Positions 8,345 to 16,891 of a DNA stretch of 64,000 nucleotides are shown here, piece after piece. The notes below the pieces were generated by a model. The model did not search any database. It was given only the letters and a program-made list of their open reading frames with translations, and was not told where the DNA came from. The translations under genes were made by a program, and so were the position numbers. The stretch comes from Escherichia coli (GTDB lineage Bacteria > Pseudomonadota > Gammaproteobacteria > Enterobacterales > Enterobacteriaceae): NCBI RefSeq assembly GCF_046105845.1, contig NZ_CP151004.1. The stretch is one strand, 5' to 3'. Every line of letters begins with the position of its first letter. Position 1 is the first letter of the stretch.

Positions 8345-8423
8345 ATGTACCTCCAGTATACATATTACATGATTGAAATGAACCTTCAAGATACTTGTAC
8401 CTTATCGGTACAAAGGTTTTAAT
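8345..8423. promoter_or_regulatory. OR-type switch: operators plus divergent PR / PRM promoters
   Basis: Operators are ATGTACC-N7-TACAT (8345-8363) and TTGTACC-ttatc-GGTACAA (8395-8413). PR on the minus strand is TTGAAG (8384-8389), 16 nt, TAATAT (8362-8367). PRM on the plus strand is TTGTAC (8395-8400), 17 nt, TTTAAT (8418-8423). Confidence 0.55.
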
Positions 8424-8429
8424 TTCGTT

Positions 8430-9104
8430 ATGAAAACAATCCATGACATCCGGCGGTCTAACGCCAGAAAACTGAGAGATGGTGTTGGCGGAAATTCATC
8501 CTTTGCCACCATGATTGATCGCGAGCCAACCCAAACCAGCAGGTTTATGGGGGATGGCGCTACTAAAAATATCGGTGACAGCATGGCACGGCACATCGAA
8601 AAATGTTTCGACCTGCCTGTCGGATGGCTTGATCAAGAACACCAGACAACGAACATCACAAAAAAACCTGATGTTTCAATCACTAACAAACAAATAACGT
8701 TAGTCCCTGTCATATCATGGGTACAGGCCGGAGCATGGAAAGAAGTTGGCTATTCTGAGGTTGATTTGAGCACAGCAGAAACGTATCCCTGCCCTGTACC
8801 CTGTGGCGAAATGACTTATATCTTGCGGGTGATTGGTGATTCAATGATTGATGAGTACCGCCCTGGAGACATGATTTTTGTTGATCCCGAAGTCCCTGCC
8901 TGCCACGGTGACGACGTTATTGCATTGATGCACGATACAGGCGAAACCACCTTCAAGCGATTGATAGAAGATGGAACACAGCGTTATCTCAAAGCATTAA
9001 ACCCAAACTGGCCTGAGCCTTACATTAAGATTAACGGTAATTGCTCTATAATTGGTACAGTGATTTTCTCGGGAAAACCAAGAAGATACACAATAAAGGC
9101 CTAA
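8430..9104 (+). CDS. CI-type prophage repressor (HTH + S24 LexA-like autopeptidase)
   Basis: 224 aa. The C-terminal segment ...LRVIGDSMIDEYRPGDMIFVDPE...TTFKRL... carries the S24 Ser/Lys dyad context. It is divergent from cro. Confidence 0.85.
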   Translation: MKTIHDIRRSNARKLRDGVGGNSSFATMIDREPTQTSRFMGDGATKNIGDSMARHIEKCFDLPVGWLDQEHQTTNITKKPDVSITNKQITLVPVISWVQAGAWKEVGYSEVDLSTAETYPCPVPCGEMTYILRVIGDSMIDEYRPGDMIFVDPEVPACHGDDVIALMHDTGETTFKRLIEDGTQRYLKALNPNWPEPYIKINGNCSIIGTVIFSGKPRRYTIKA

Positions 9105-9116
9105 TCAATATTTATG

Positions 9117-9139
9117 AACCTGCTTCGGCAGGTTTTTTT
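9117..9139 (+). terminator. Intrinsic terminator after cI
   Basis: AACCTGC-ttcg-GCAGGTT followed by a T7 run. Confidence 0.8.
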
Positions 9140-9143
9140 ATAC

Positions 9144-9171
9144 TTGACAATGTACCTATGAGATACATAAT
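9144..9171 (+). promoter_or_regulatory. PL-equivalent promoter with embedded operator
   Basis: TTGACA (9144-9149), 16 nt, CATAAT (9166-9171). The spacer contains ATGTACC-N7-TACAT (9150-9168), the same operator form as at OR. Confidence 0.6.
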
Positions 9172-9589
9172 GTATCCAAAAGAAACATGAGGCAGGCAAG
9201 ATTCAAACAAAATTTGGTTGTAACACGGCGTATGGCACATGCGTCGTTAGCGGTCTGGGGACGTTAAAGGGGACAATCCACTCCTTGCTAGGGCAAACAA
9301 ACCAGGTAGCCGGAATGTGCAAGTCAATGATGATGCTGATAAGACGCCTAACCAGCGTGGCGATCCGGTTTGACGCCTGGGAAGAGACCAGGGTGCAACG
9401 ATGAGGGCATTTATGGAGCCGCGACAAAGTGTGGTGCCGTAACTGGCTAAGTGCTCTCAGCGTTGTGGTCATCCGCGAAATGGCGCGGCGGTAAGTATGG
9501 CTGGGTTACTCTTTCCCCGTTGAGGACACCGGATTGTCAGGTTGACCATACGCCTGAGTGACAACCCCACCACAACAGCCACTGCTTTG

Positions 9590-9635
9590 GCGGTACCAGT
9601 TTGTACACTTGCTTCCGGCTGGTACCGCTCTTTTT
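9590..9635 (+). terminator. Intrinsic-terminator-like hairpin inside the long PL leader
   Basis: A 10-bp stem GCGGTACCAG / CTGGTACCGC with a 19-nt loop, followed by TCTTTTT. Confidence 0.55.
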
Positions 9636-9772
9636 ACAAAACAGAGAAGAGCATCACCGGACGACGGGCTCATAACCCAATCCATCCGGGCGGCTGCCAC
9701 CGCAGGTGTTCTTCTCTGTTTTGTGGAGAAACCAACCGACCTTGCAGGGTCGATATGATGAGGAGCAGCAAA

Positions 9773-10135
9773 ATGGCTAGCGAACGCAGTACTGATGTGC
9801 AGGCATTTATCGGGGAGCTGGACGGCGGCGTATTTGAAACCAAAATCGGCGCAGTTCTCAGTGAAGTCGCTTCCGGTGTGATGAACACGAAAACCAAAGG
9901 TAAGGTCTCACTCAACCTGGAAATCGAACCATTTGATGAGAACCGTGTGAAAATCAAACACAAACTCTCATATGTTCGCCCGACTAACCGCGGGAAAATT
10001 TCCGAAGAAGACACCACCGAAACGCCGATGTATGTCAATCGCGGTGGTCGCCTGACTATTCTGCAGGAAGACCAGGGACAATTACTGACTCTTGCCGGTG
10101 AACCTGACGGAAAACTACGCGCAGCAGGTCATTAA
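9773..10135 (+). CDS. YfdP-like phage protein (120 aa)
   Basis: ATG 9773 lies 8 nt after GAGGAG. MASERSTDVQAFIGELDGGVFETKIG... The longer ORF-track form (from 9542) runs through the structured leader. Confidence 0.65.
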   Translation: MASERSTDVQAFIGELDGGVFETKIGAVLSEVASGVMNTKTKGKVSLNLEIEPFDENRVKIKHKLSYVRPTNRGKISEEDTTETPMYVNRGGRLTILQEDQGQLLTLAGEPDGKLRAAGH

Positions 10136-10200
10136 TATCGTTCTTAATTAACTGATTATTTATCTCATCACTGAATATCTTTATATAGTGAGGACTTATT

Positions 10201-11025
10201 ATGTCTCAGAACTTAGACGCAACCGCAATTAATCAAATCCATGCCCTTATTTCTGCTCAGGGTGTTAATGAAATTATCAGTAAGATTGGTGCCGATGCTG
10301 TGGTATTGCCTGAGAATTTCCGCATTCATGATCTGGAAAAATTTAATTTAAATCGCTTCCGTTTCCGTGGTGCGCTTTCCACTGCCAGCATCGATGACTT
10401 TACCCGTTATTCTAAAGATCTTGCAGATGAAGGCACCCGCTGCTTTATCGATGCTGATAATATGCGTGCCGTCAGTGTACTTAACCTGGGTACTATTGAT
10501 GAACCAGGTCACGCAGATAACACCGCCACTCTCAAACTGAAAAAGACAGCACCGTTCTCTGCCCTGTTGTCTGTTAACGGCGAGCGTAACTCCCAGAAGT
10601 CACTGGCAGAATGGATTGAAGACTGGGCCGACTACCTTGTGGGCTTTGATGCTAATGGTGACGCTATTCAGGCAACAAAAGCGGCTGCGGCAGTCCGTAA
10701 AATCACGATTGAAGCAAACCAGACCGCTGATTTTGAAGATAATGACTTCAGCGGCAAACGCTCCCTGATGGAATCTGTCGAAGCGAAGACCAAAGACATT
10801 ATGCCAGTGGCATTTGAAATTAAATGCGTTCCGTTTGAAGGTCTGAAAGAACGTCCGTTTAAATTACGCCTCAGCATTATCACTGGCGATCGTCCTGTAC
10901 TGGTTCTGCGCATTATTCAGCTGGAAGCGGTGCAGGAAGATATGGCTAACGAATTTCGTGATCTGCTTGTTGAGAAATTCAAAGACAGCAAAGTAGAAAC
11001 CTTTATTGGTACTTTCACCGCCTGA
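10201..11025 (+). CDS. yfdQ: YfdQ-like (DUF2303) phage protein
   Basis: 274 aa, [21 protein letters not shown]... It has the same length and order as CPS-53 yfdQ (memory). The SD is GAGGA. Confidence 0.6.
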   Translation: MSQNLDATAINQIHALISAQGVNEIISKIGADAVVLPENFRIHDLEKFNLNRFRFRGALSTASIDDFTRYSKDLADEGTRCFIDADNMRAVSVLNLGTIDEPGHADNTATLKLKKTAPFSALLSVNGERNSQKSLAEWIEDWADYLVGFDANGDAIQATKAAAAVRKITIEANQTADFEDNDFSGKRSLMESVEAKTKDIMPVAFEIKCVPFEGLKERPFKLRLSIITGDRPVLVLRIIQLEAVQEDMANEFRDLLVEKFKDSKVETFIGTFTA

Positions 11026-11152
11026 TTTCATTACTGCAAATGCCCCTGCGGGGGCATTTATGGAAACGTAATTAACTCAATAATCACCGGATGGTGAGGG
11101 CTTCCTTTTACCCAAACTCAGCGCGGTGCAGCGCATATACGTGGAGAACAAA

Positions 11153-11689
11153 ATGTCATTTATTAAAACTTTTTCCGGGAAGCATTTTTATTATGACAAG
11201 ATAAATAAAGACGACATCGTGATTAACGATATCGCGGTTTCCCTTTCAAATATCTGCCGCTTTGCCGGTCATCTTTCTCACTTCTACAGTGTCGCCCAAC
11301 ATGCGGTGCTTTGCAGCCAGCTGGTGCCGCAGGAATTTGCTTTTGAAGCGTTAATGCATGATGCAACAGAAGCGTATTGCCAGGATATTCCCGCTCCACT
11401 GAAACGCCTTCTTCCTGACTATAAACGGATGGAAGAAAAAATTGACGCCGTAATCCGTGAGAAATACGGGTTACCCCCAGTTATGAGTACGCCCGTGAAA
11501 TATGCCGATCTTATCATGCTGGCAACCGAACGCCGCGATCTCGGGCTTGATGATGGCTCTTTCTGGCCTGTACTGGAAGGCATCCCGGCAACAGAGATGT
11601 TCAACGTGATTCCACTGGCACCTAGCCATGCCTACGGGATGTTTATGGAACGTTTTAACGAGTTATCGGAGTTACGCAAATGCGCATGA
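11153..11689 (+). CDS. yfdR: HD-domain 5-prime-deoxynucleotidase YfdR
   Basis: 178 aa from ATG 11153, MSFIKTFSGKHFYYDKINKDD... HD-type residues are present (SVAQHAV...LMHDATEAY). It matches K-12 YfdR from memory. Confidence 0.7.
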   Translation: MSFIKTFSGKHFYYDKINKDDIVINDIAVSLSNICRFAGHLSHFYSVAQHAVLCSQLVPQEFAFEALMHDATEAYCQDIPAPLKRLLPDYKRMEEKIDAVIREKYGLPPVMSTPVKYADLIMLATERRDLGLDDGSFWPVLEGIPATEMFNVIPLAPSHAYGMFMERFNELSELRKCA

Positions 11690-12042
11690 ATGTTTTCGAA
11701 ATGGAAGGGTTTCTTCGCGGTAAATGTGTACCGCGAGATCTGAAAGTGAACGAAACAAATGCTGAGTACCTGGTACGTAAATTCGACGCGCTTGAAGCTA
11801 AATGTGCGGCACTGGAAAACAAAATAATACCAGTGTCAGCTGAACTGCCACCAGCAAATGAAAGTGTTCTGTTATTTGATGCTAACGGAGAAGGCTGGCT
11901 GATTGGCTGGCGTTCTCTCTGGTACACCTGGGGACAAAAAGAAACCGGAGAATGGCAGTGGACATTTCAGGTCGGGGACCTTGAAAACTTCAATATCACT
12001 CACTGGGCAGTAATGCCAAAAGCGCCGGAGGCTGGAGCATAA
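11680..12042 (+). CDS. yfdS: YfdS-like DUF551 protein
   Basis: 120 aa. The C-terminus ...GWLIGWRSLWYTWGQ...ITHWAVMPKAPE is DUF551-like. It overlaps the yfdR stop. Confidence 0.55.
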   Translation: MRMNVFEMEGFLRGKCVPRDLKVNETNAEYLVRKFDALEAKCAALENKIIPVSAELPPANESVLLFDANGEGWLIGWRSLWYTWGQKETGEWQWTFQVGDLENFNITHWAVMPKAPEAGA

Positions 12043-12662
12043 TGACCACATTTACCAATAAAGAACTGATTAAAGAAATCAAAGAACGAATCAGCAGCCT
12101 AGAGGTTCGAGACGATATTGAGCGCCGTGCTTATGAAATTGCTCTGGCATCGCTAGAAGAGGAGCCGGTGGCATGGCTGCATTCAGAAAATGGCTTAGGT
12201 ATTCCGGCAATAACGAGGAGTAAAAACATTGCTGACAGTTGGTTATCAAAGGGCTGGTATGTTCAGCCGCTATATATAGCCAAGCCAGTGCCGGTGGTGC
12301 CAGATGCTCGTCCGTCTTTAAATAATGGCATAGTCGGCTTTGATGAAGGCTGGAACGCCTGCCGCGCCGCCATGCTTAATGGTGCCGAACCTGTAAGCCA
12401 GACTTACAAGTTGAACGAGCTGTCGGGCAACTCTCCGGTAACTCCGGATGGTTGGATAAGCTGTAGTGAGCGAATGCCGAACGATAAACAGTATGTTTGG
12501 TGTTGGGGTAAGTCTTACGGCTGGACTGAGTACGATACCTTCGAAGGGTATTACGATTGTTCGAGAAACAAATGGTGGGCAGTTACTGACAATGGGGAAG
12601 AACCGGCATCGAAAGTAACCCACTGGATGCCGCTACCGGAGCCGCCGCAGGAGGTGAAGTAA
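12042..12662 (+). CDS. DUF551 domain phage protein (206 aa)
   Basis: The C-terminus ...DGWISCSERMPNDKQYVWCWGKS...VTHWMPLPEPP is the DUF551 pattern. ATGA-type coupling to both neighbours. Confidence 0.6.
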   Translation: MTTFTNKELIKEIKERISSLEVRDDIERRAYEIALASLEEEPVAWLHSENGLGIPAITRSKNIADSWLSKGWYVQPLYIAKPVPVVPDARPSLNNGIVGFDEGWNACRAAMLNGAEPVSQTYKLNELSGNSPVTPDGWISCSERMPNDKQYVWCWGKSYGWTEYDTFEGYYDCSRNKWWAVTDNGEEPASKVTHWMPLPEPPQEVK

Positions 12663-12856
12663 TGAACAACTTAATGACAACTAAACAAGTCGCCGATTTC
12701 TGTGGTGTTTCAGTATCGACAGTTCTTCGCTGGAACAGCGTAAACAGGAGAACTGGCCAGAAATACAGGCCTGACTTTCCAGATCCTGATATTAAATCCT
12801 GCCCAAATAAATGGGCATCACACAAGATTTACAGATTTGCGGGAGTGATTGATTAA
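12662..12856 (+). CDS. Excisionase-type small HTH protein
   Basis: 64 aa. MTTKQVADFCGVSVSTVLRWNS is an HTH_17/excisionase-like helix-turn-helix. It is the last gene of the early-left operon, near int. Confidence 0.55.
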   Translation: MNNLMTTKQVADFCGVSVSTVLRWNSVNRRTGQKYRPDFPDPDIKSCPNKWASHKIYRFAGVID

Positions 12857-13138
12857 TATGTATTAGCTTAGATGTGAGCTGACACATCTATGATTAGATG
12901 CCAAACCAAATCTGAGCGTCCACTCTTTAACAAGAGCGGACGTTACCAATGACCATATGACATGAATCGATAAGATCAAAACATTATCGCCAAGAAATGT
13001 CATACCATTGATACAAATAAAATTGATTACCCCCTTACTCTTGTTGAAAAGTTAGTCGTAGAGTACCTATCGCAATGTAATCAGCTTTAATCATCTGAAA
13101 ATTACTCCTTAAAAATTAGCTTTTATATACTGAACAAA

Positions 13139-13858
13139 TTAAATCTCTGTTTCTTTTCCTGTTCGGCTCAACCAATACTCCATTGTTTGAGTATGAATCT
13201 TTTCAGCGTATATTTTATCAATTAATTTATCTCGTTTTTCTTTAATGACTTTACGCAGTGAATCATATAACATAAAAAAACGTTCATCATCTTCCTCATT
13301 ATTACCATAATTTATTTGATTGAGTTCTGAAAAAATATGATAGCACCTTTTTTTCTTGGTCCCCGGCAATATTAAAACCAAGCCACATTGATCATATTCA
13401 AATTCACCTTTATGGGCAGCAAAGTTATGTCTAACATTCATAATAGAATCATGTAAATCTCTGTATTTTTCTGGCACATGCTTTCTCTGCAATGTGAATC
13501 GACGCCCTTTCGCCTCTGTAAAACACTTACCGTAAGTAACAACTTTTGATATAAATAAAGACTTTAATATTAGATTCTTTTCTAAATCAGGATAAATAAA
13601 GTGTTGTTCTCTATTAATGTTATTACAAATGTTTTTTATTATATTCTCCCAACCAATAACATTCCGAAGATCTTTATCCAGCAACTGTAAGGCCACATAT
13701 TGTTCTACAAAGCGGCCTTTTAAAGGTATTCGTGGTAATATTACACCTTTCTGCTTATAAACTCTTTCTATCGTATTATCTGGATATTGGATCTTCCTTA
13801 TTTCTATTCCGTCTTCTTCTGATACCCTTACTAATGGTTCATTTTTTAACTTTGACAT
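13139..13858 (-). CDS. AT-rich accessory gene (239 aa) with HEPN-like R-x4-A-H motif
   Basis: AAGAGGG SD. It is visibly more AT-rich than the rest of the prophage. The NVRHNFAAHKG motif is at aa 141-151 (core R143-H149, nt 13412-13432). It sits between xis and int. Confidence 0.75.
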   Translation of the reverse strand: MSKLKNEPLVRVSEEDGIEIRKIQYPDNTIERVYKQKGVILPRIPLKGRFVEQYVALQLLDKDLRNVIGWENIIKNICNNINREQHFIYPDLEKNLILKSLFISKVVTYGKCFTEAKGRRFTLQRKHVPEKYRDLHDSIMNVRHNFAAHKGEFEYDQCGLVLILPGTKKKRCYHIFSELNQINYGNNEEDDERFFMLYDSLRKVIKEKRDKLIDKIYAEKIHTQTMEYWLSRTGKETEI

Positions 13859-14143
13859 GTTAACCCTCTTAAATAAAAAACTAACTTTATCCAGATAGTG
13901 TCCGTTAAGAAGTTTTCGTTACAACTAAGTTTCTAGGTAAATCATGAATCAACCTATAGTATCAAAAACATTTGGTGGTAAACATCTGCATTTATCAAAT
14001 AGCAGGAGCGATTTAGGGGCATAGGGATAGTGATGATATCTATACCCGTGCCCTCTTATGTCAACACAATGGCGTAAACTTAACGCTCACATCTCGCTCA
14101 AAGTGTGCTAGGAGATTTGGTTATGTTCAGGTGATACAAACCG

Positions 14144-15367
14144 TCAGTTTGAATCAGAGATAGTACAATTAACAATCGATTCAACCCTCTTCCACCATGC
14201 CAGGTAAGCTTTACGCTGTTCTTCTAGATAATCGCTCTTATCATAAACTTGCCATACCCCTGGCAGCTTATGACCAAGCATAATTTCTGCGATATGAGGC
14301 GCAGTAAGATCAGAAAAATTTGTTCGTGCTGTCCGTCTCAAGTCATGAAGAGACCAATGAGGGAATTGATATCCTAAACGCCGCCACGCGTACTGCATTA
14401 AATTGTAAGGCAGCGACTGTAATGATGTCCTACCGACTGGCTCCCTGCTTCCTTCCTTAGTAAAAAGCATATCGGAACCGTTGTTCATAGAGATAACGTA
14501 TTTTATAAGCTCTTCAACCGGTTCAATAATGGGCCGCTTTAGCGGTTCGCCTGTTATGTCCCCTGTCTTATGTCGTTCAGGTGGTACAGTCCATACCTTA
14601 TTTATGAAATCAAAATCACCCACCCTAGCAGTAATTAGCTCCGAACTACGGCAACCAAAATGCAGTAATAGTTTAATGAAGGCCCGGTATTTGGGAACCA
14701 TTCTAGAGCCATCGATCGCAGCATAAAGAATTTTAATTTCATCGTGTGTCAGAAACCGTTTCTTCTGACCTTTACGGATATCCATATCTTTACCCGTGAT
14801 ATCCGACAGCGGGCGAGTTTCAATAAGCTTTCTCTTATACGCCCAGACATGGGCCTGCTTTGCGTTAATTAGCAATCGGTCTGCTATTGCTGGAGTCTTA
14901 GTGCTAAGAGGCTCCAGGACTTCTAACCAATCATGCAATGTAGCTGCATCGTGAGGGATATTCCCGATTTTAGAGAACAGGTGCAGCTCAAACGAGCGGA
15001 GTATCTGTTCAGAACCCTTTTTATTTTTTACACAATATGCTTCATACCAGGCACGGATCACAGACTCTACCGTCATGGCTTCAGTAGCTTTTCGTTTTTC
15101 AGCCTGCTTGACCAATCGTGGATTACGGTTTGACTCGAGTTCACCACGGAGACGGATAACTTCTTCTCTGGCCTCTTTTAATCCAGTTGCCGGGTAAGTT
15201 CCGATATCAAGACGCTCACCTTTCCCTGCCCATTGATAACGATATTGAAACACTACGCGACCTTTCGGTGATACTCTGACAGACAGACCATCACGATCGG
15301 ATTTAACCAAAACCTTATCACGTTCCTTTCCAACGACTGAACGCAACCACGCATCAGACAGCGCCAT
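14144..15367 (-). CDS. int: Tyrosine integrase (P4/CP4-57 type, DUF4102 N-terminal arm-binding domain)
   Basis: 407 aa. N-terminus ...DGLSVRVSPKGRVVFQYRYQWAGKGERLDIGTYP. C-terminal catalytic context ...HFGCRSSEL...WSLHDLRRTARTNF...LGHKLPGVWQVYD (R..HxxR..Y). Confidence 0.9.
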   Translation of the reverse strand: MALSDAWLRSVVGKERDKVLVKSDRDGLSVRVSPKGRVVFQYRYQWAGKGERLDIGTYPATGLKEAREEVIRLRGELESNRNPRLVKQAEKRKATEAMTVESVIRAWYEAYCVKNKKGSEQILRSFELHLFSKIGNIPHDAATLHDWLEVLEPLSTKTPAIADRLLINAKQAHVWAYKRKLIETRPLSDITGKDMDIRKGQKKRFLTHDEIKILYAAIDGSRMVPKYRAFIKLLLHFGCRSSELITARVGDFDFINKVWTVPPERHKTGDITGEPLKRPIIEPVEELIKYVISMNNGSDMLFTKEGSREPVGRTSLQSLPYNLMQYAWRRLGYQFPHWSLHDLRRTARTNFSDLTAPHIAEIMLGHKLPGVWQVYDKSDYLEEQRKAYLAWWKRVESIVNCTISDSN

Positions 15368-15596
15368 TACTCACCTTGTACAAATCGCAAAACACCTCTG
15401 CTGCTTTGTACATTATGTACAAGCATATGTACAGATTTTTGATGAAAGCAACCTGATCGATTTAAAGTTACATGAAAGAATTTTCAATTAAAGAAGCCAC
15501 ATAACTATATGTATTTAAATGAGTTATATAACCAGACCTCAATTAACTGAAAGGATTTTGAAAGAGTAAAAGAGCTTTAATTTGGGATTAATTATT

Positions 15597-15662
15597 GGGG
15601 TGAGAAATAATGGCAAAAGTGCGGCGCTTCGCCACCTCTTGCAAATAAGGAGACAACGTCAT
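15597..15662 (-). pseudogene. prfC: prfC 5-prime stub (codons 1-22) cut by the prophage junction
   Basis: Reverse complement reads ATG ACG TTG TCT CCT TAT ... = [22 protein letters not shown], the RF3 N-terminus just before its P-loop (HPDAGKT). It then diverges into AT-rich phage DNA (..NN stop at 15588). Confidence 0.8.
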
Positions 15663-15752
15663 AATTCTTTCTTCTTGAGTAAGCGGCATCGCGCCGCGCT
15701 TGTTGAAAACGAAAAATTGCGGCTATTTTACCCATCAACGGGGGGGAGGCAA

Positions 15753-16430
15753 TCAGTGTTTACACAGGAGCTGCTCCAGTTCGTGCAACGAAGAAACTGT
15801 CCAGGTGGGCGCGATGCCTTCTGGTTGCTCGCGATTGTGCGCATTCAGCCAGCAGGTCGCAAGCCCGGCGTTGATGCCACCGAGAATATCGGACTCGGCA
15901 GTGTCGCCAACCATCAGCACGCGTGAACGGTCAGGATTGCCCGCCTGTTCCAGCGCATAATCGAAAATTTTCTTATTCGGTTTGGCAACGCCAACTTCTT
16001 CGGAAATCACCAGCAAATCGAAATAATCACGCAGGCCCGTGCGTTCCAGACGCACTTGCTGCAAAGCGCTAAAGCCGTTGGTGATGATGCCAATTTTAGC
16101 ATTGCCACGAATGGCGTTAAGCAGAGAAACCGCGCCCGGCAGCGGCGTACAGATTTCCGCCATCGCATTAATAAAGGCTTCGTTGAGTTTACCCGGCTCG
16201 ACGTTCAGCCGTTCGGCCCAGCTCTCAAACCGCCCGTGCTGAAGCTGTAATGAAGTGATCGCGCCGTTTTGATAATCCACCCACAGTGGCTTGTTAACGG
16301 CCTGATAGTCCTGAAAATCTTCAGCGGTAAAGGTGACGCTGTAATCAAGAAACATCCGCTGCAGGCCGGTGAATGAGTCAAAGGTAAACAGCGTTTCATC
16401 GGCATCAAAGAAAATCCAGTCCCACTTCAT
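15753..16430 (-). CDS. yjjG: HAD-family pyrimidine 5-prime-nucleotidase YjjG
   Basis: 225 aa, [15 protein letters not shown]... (HAD motif I DxDxT). Synteny with rimI and holD. Confidence 0.9.
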   Translation of the reverse strand: MKWDWIFFDADETLFTFDSFTGLQRMFLDYSVTFTAEDFQDYQAVNKPLWVDYQNGAITSLQLQHGRFESWAERLNVEPGKLNEAFINAMAEICTPLPGAVSLLNAIRGNAKIGIITNGFSALQQVRLERTGLRDYFDLLVISEEVGVAKPNKKIFDYALEQAGNPDRSRVLMVGDTAESDILGGINAGLATCWLNAHNREQPEGIAPTWTVSSLHELEQLLCKH

Positions 16431-16444
16431 TATTCCACCTTGTC

Positions 16445-16891
16445 TTACATACTGATTGGCAACGCCATGATGATGGCGTCTTCGCGACCGTCCGTGGTGG
16501 GGTAGTAATTGCGGCGAATCGTCGCCTCGTTAAAGCCTAAACTTTCGTACAGTGCAATGGCGGCAGCGTTTGAGGCACGGACTTCCAGCCATAGCGTCGC
16601 CACGCCGCGTTTTTCCAGTTCGTCGATCAGATGTTCCAGCAGCGCCCTTCCCAATCCCTGACGCTGATAGTCAGGATCGACCGCAATATTGAACAATGTA
16701 GCTTCATCCAGCACCACTTGCGTAATCGCAAACGCCGCCATTTTGCCGTTTTGCGTTAACTGAAAGTTGAGATAACGCTCGCCCTGGTTGCTGGCAAAGG
16801 TTTTTTCACTCCACGGAAAGGCGTGGGCGCGTTGTTCAATGTGGTAAGCCGCTGGTAAATCAGTCGTTTCGAGGGAAGAAATCGTGTTCAT
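16445..16891 (-). CDS. rimI: Ribosomal protein S18 alanine N-acetyltransferase RimI
   Basis: 148 aa GNAT protein (...[18 protein letters not shown]...) that overlaps holD as in K-12. Confidence 0.9.
   Translation of the reverse strand: MNTISSLETTDLPAAYHIEQRAHAFPWSEKTFASNQGERYLNFQLTQNGKMAAFAITQVVLDEATLFNIAVDPDYQRQGLGRALLEHLIDELEKRGVATLWLEVRASNAAAIALYESLGFNEATIRRNYYPTTDGREDAIIMALPISM

Larger units (their letters stand above)
1..15596. mobile_element. Lambdoid prophage, one arm (late-control, replication, immunity, early-left and integration modules); continues beyond window start
   Basis: Contiguous lambdoid order on the minus strand: Q, DUF968, KilA-N, rusA, O-like, cII-like, cro. This is followed by cI, early-left genes and xis on the plus strand, and int on the minus strand. 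The element ends where an interrupted prfC 5-prime stub begins (15597). Confidence 0.85.

Noticed and set aside
9187-9267. 26-codon Arg-rich ORF right after PL, considered as a mini N-like antiterminator
   Set aside because: It has no SD and is far shorter than any N protein (about 100 aa). I kept it only as a remark inside the leader finding.
9203-9700. Minus-strand ORFs 9203-9472 and 9506-9700, and the 77-codon N-terminal extension of the yfdP-like ORF (9542-9772)
   Set aside because: They have no SDs, overlap the hairpin structures and have atypical composition. The strong GAGGAG-ATG signal at 9773 explains the real gene.
9590-9724. Long inverted repeats considered as a retron msr/msd or CRISPR-like element
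   Set aside because: There is no reverse transcriptase gene nearby, no repeat-spacer periodicity, and the repeats occur only once. A regulatory RNA structure is the simpler reading.
15582-15960. ORFs 15582-15926 and 15700-15960 on the plus strand
   Set aside because: They are antisense to the prfC stub/promoter region and to the 3-prime end of yjjG. They are shadow frames.
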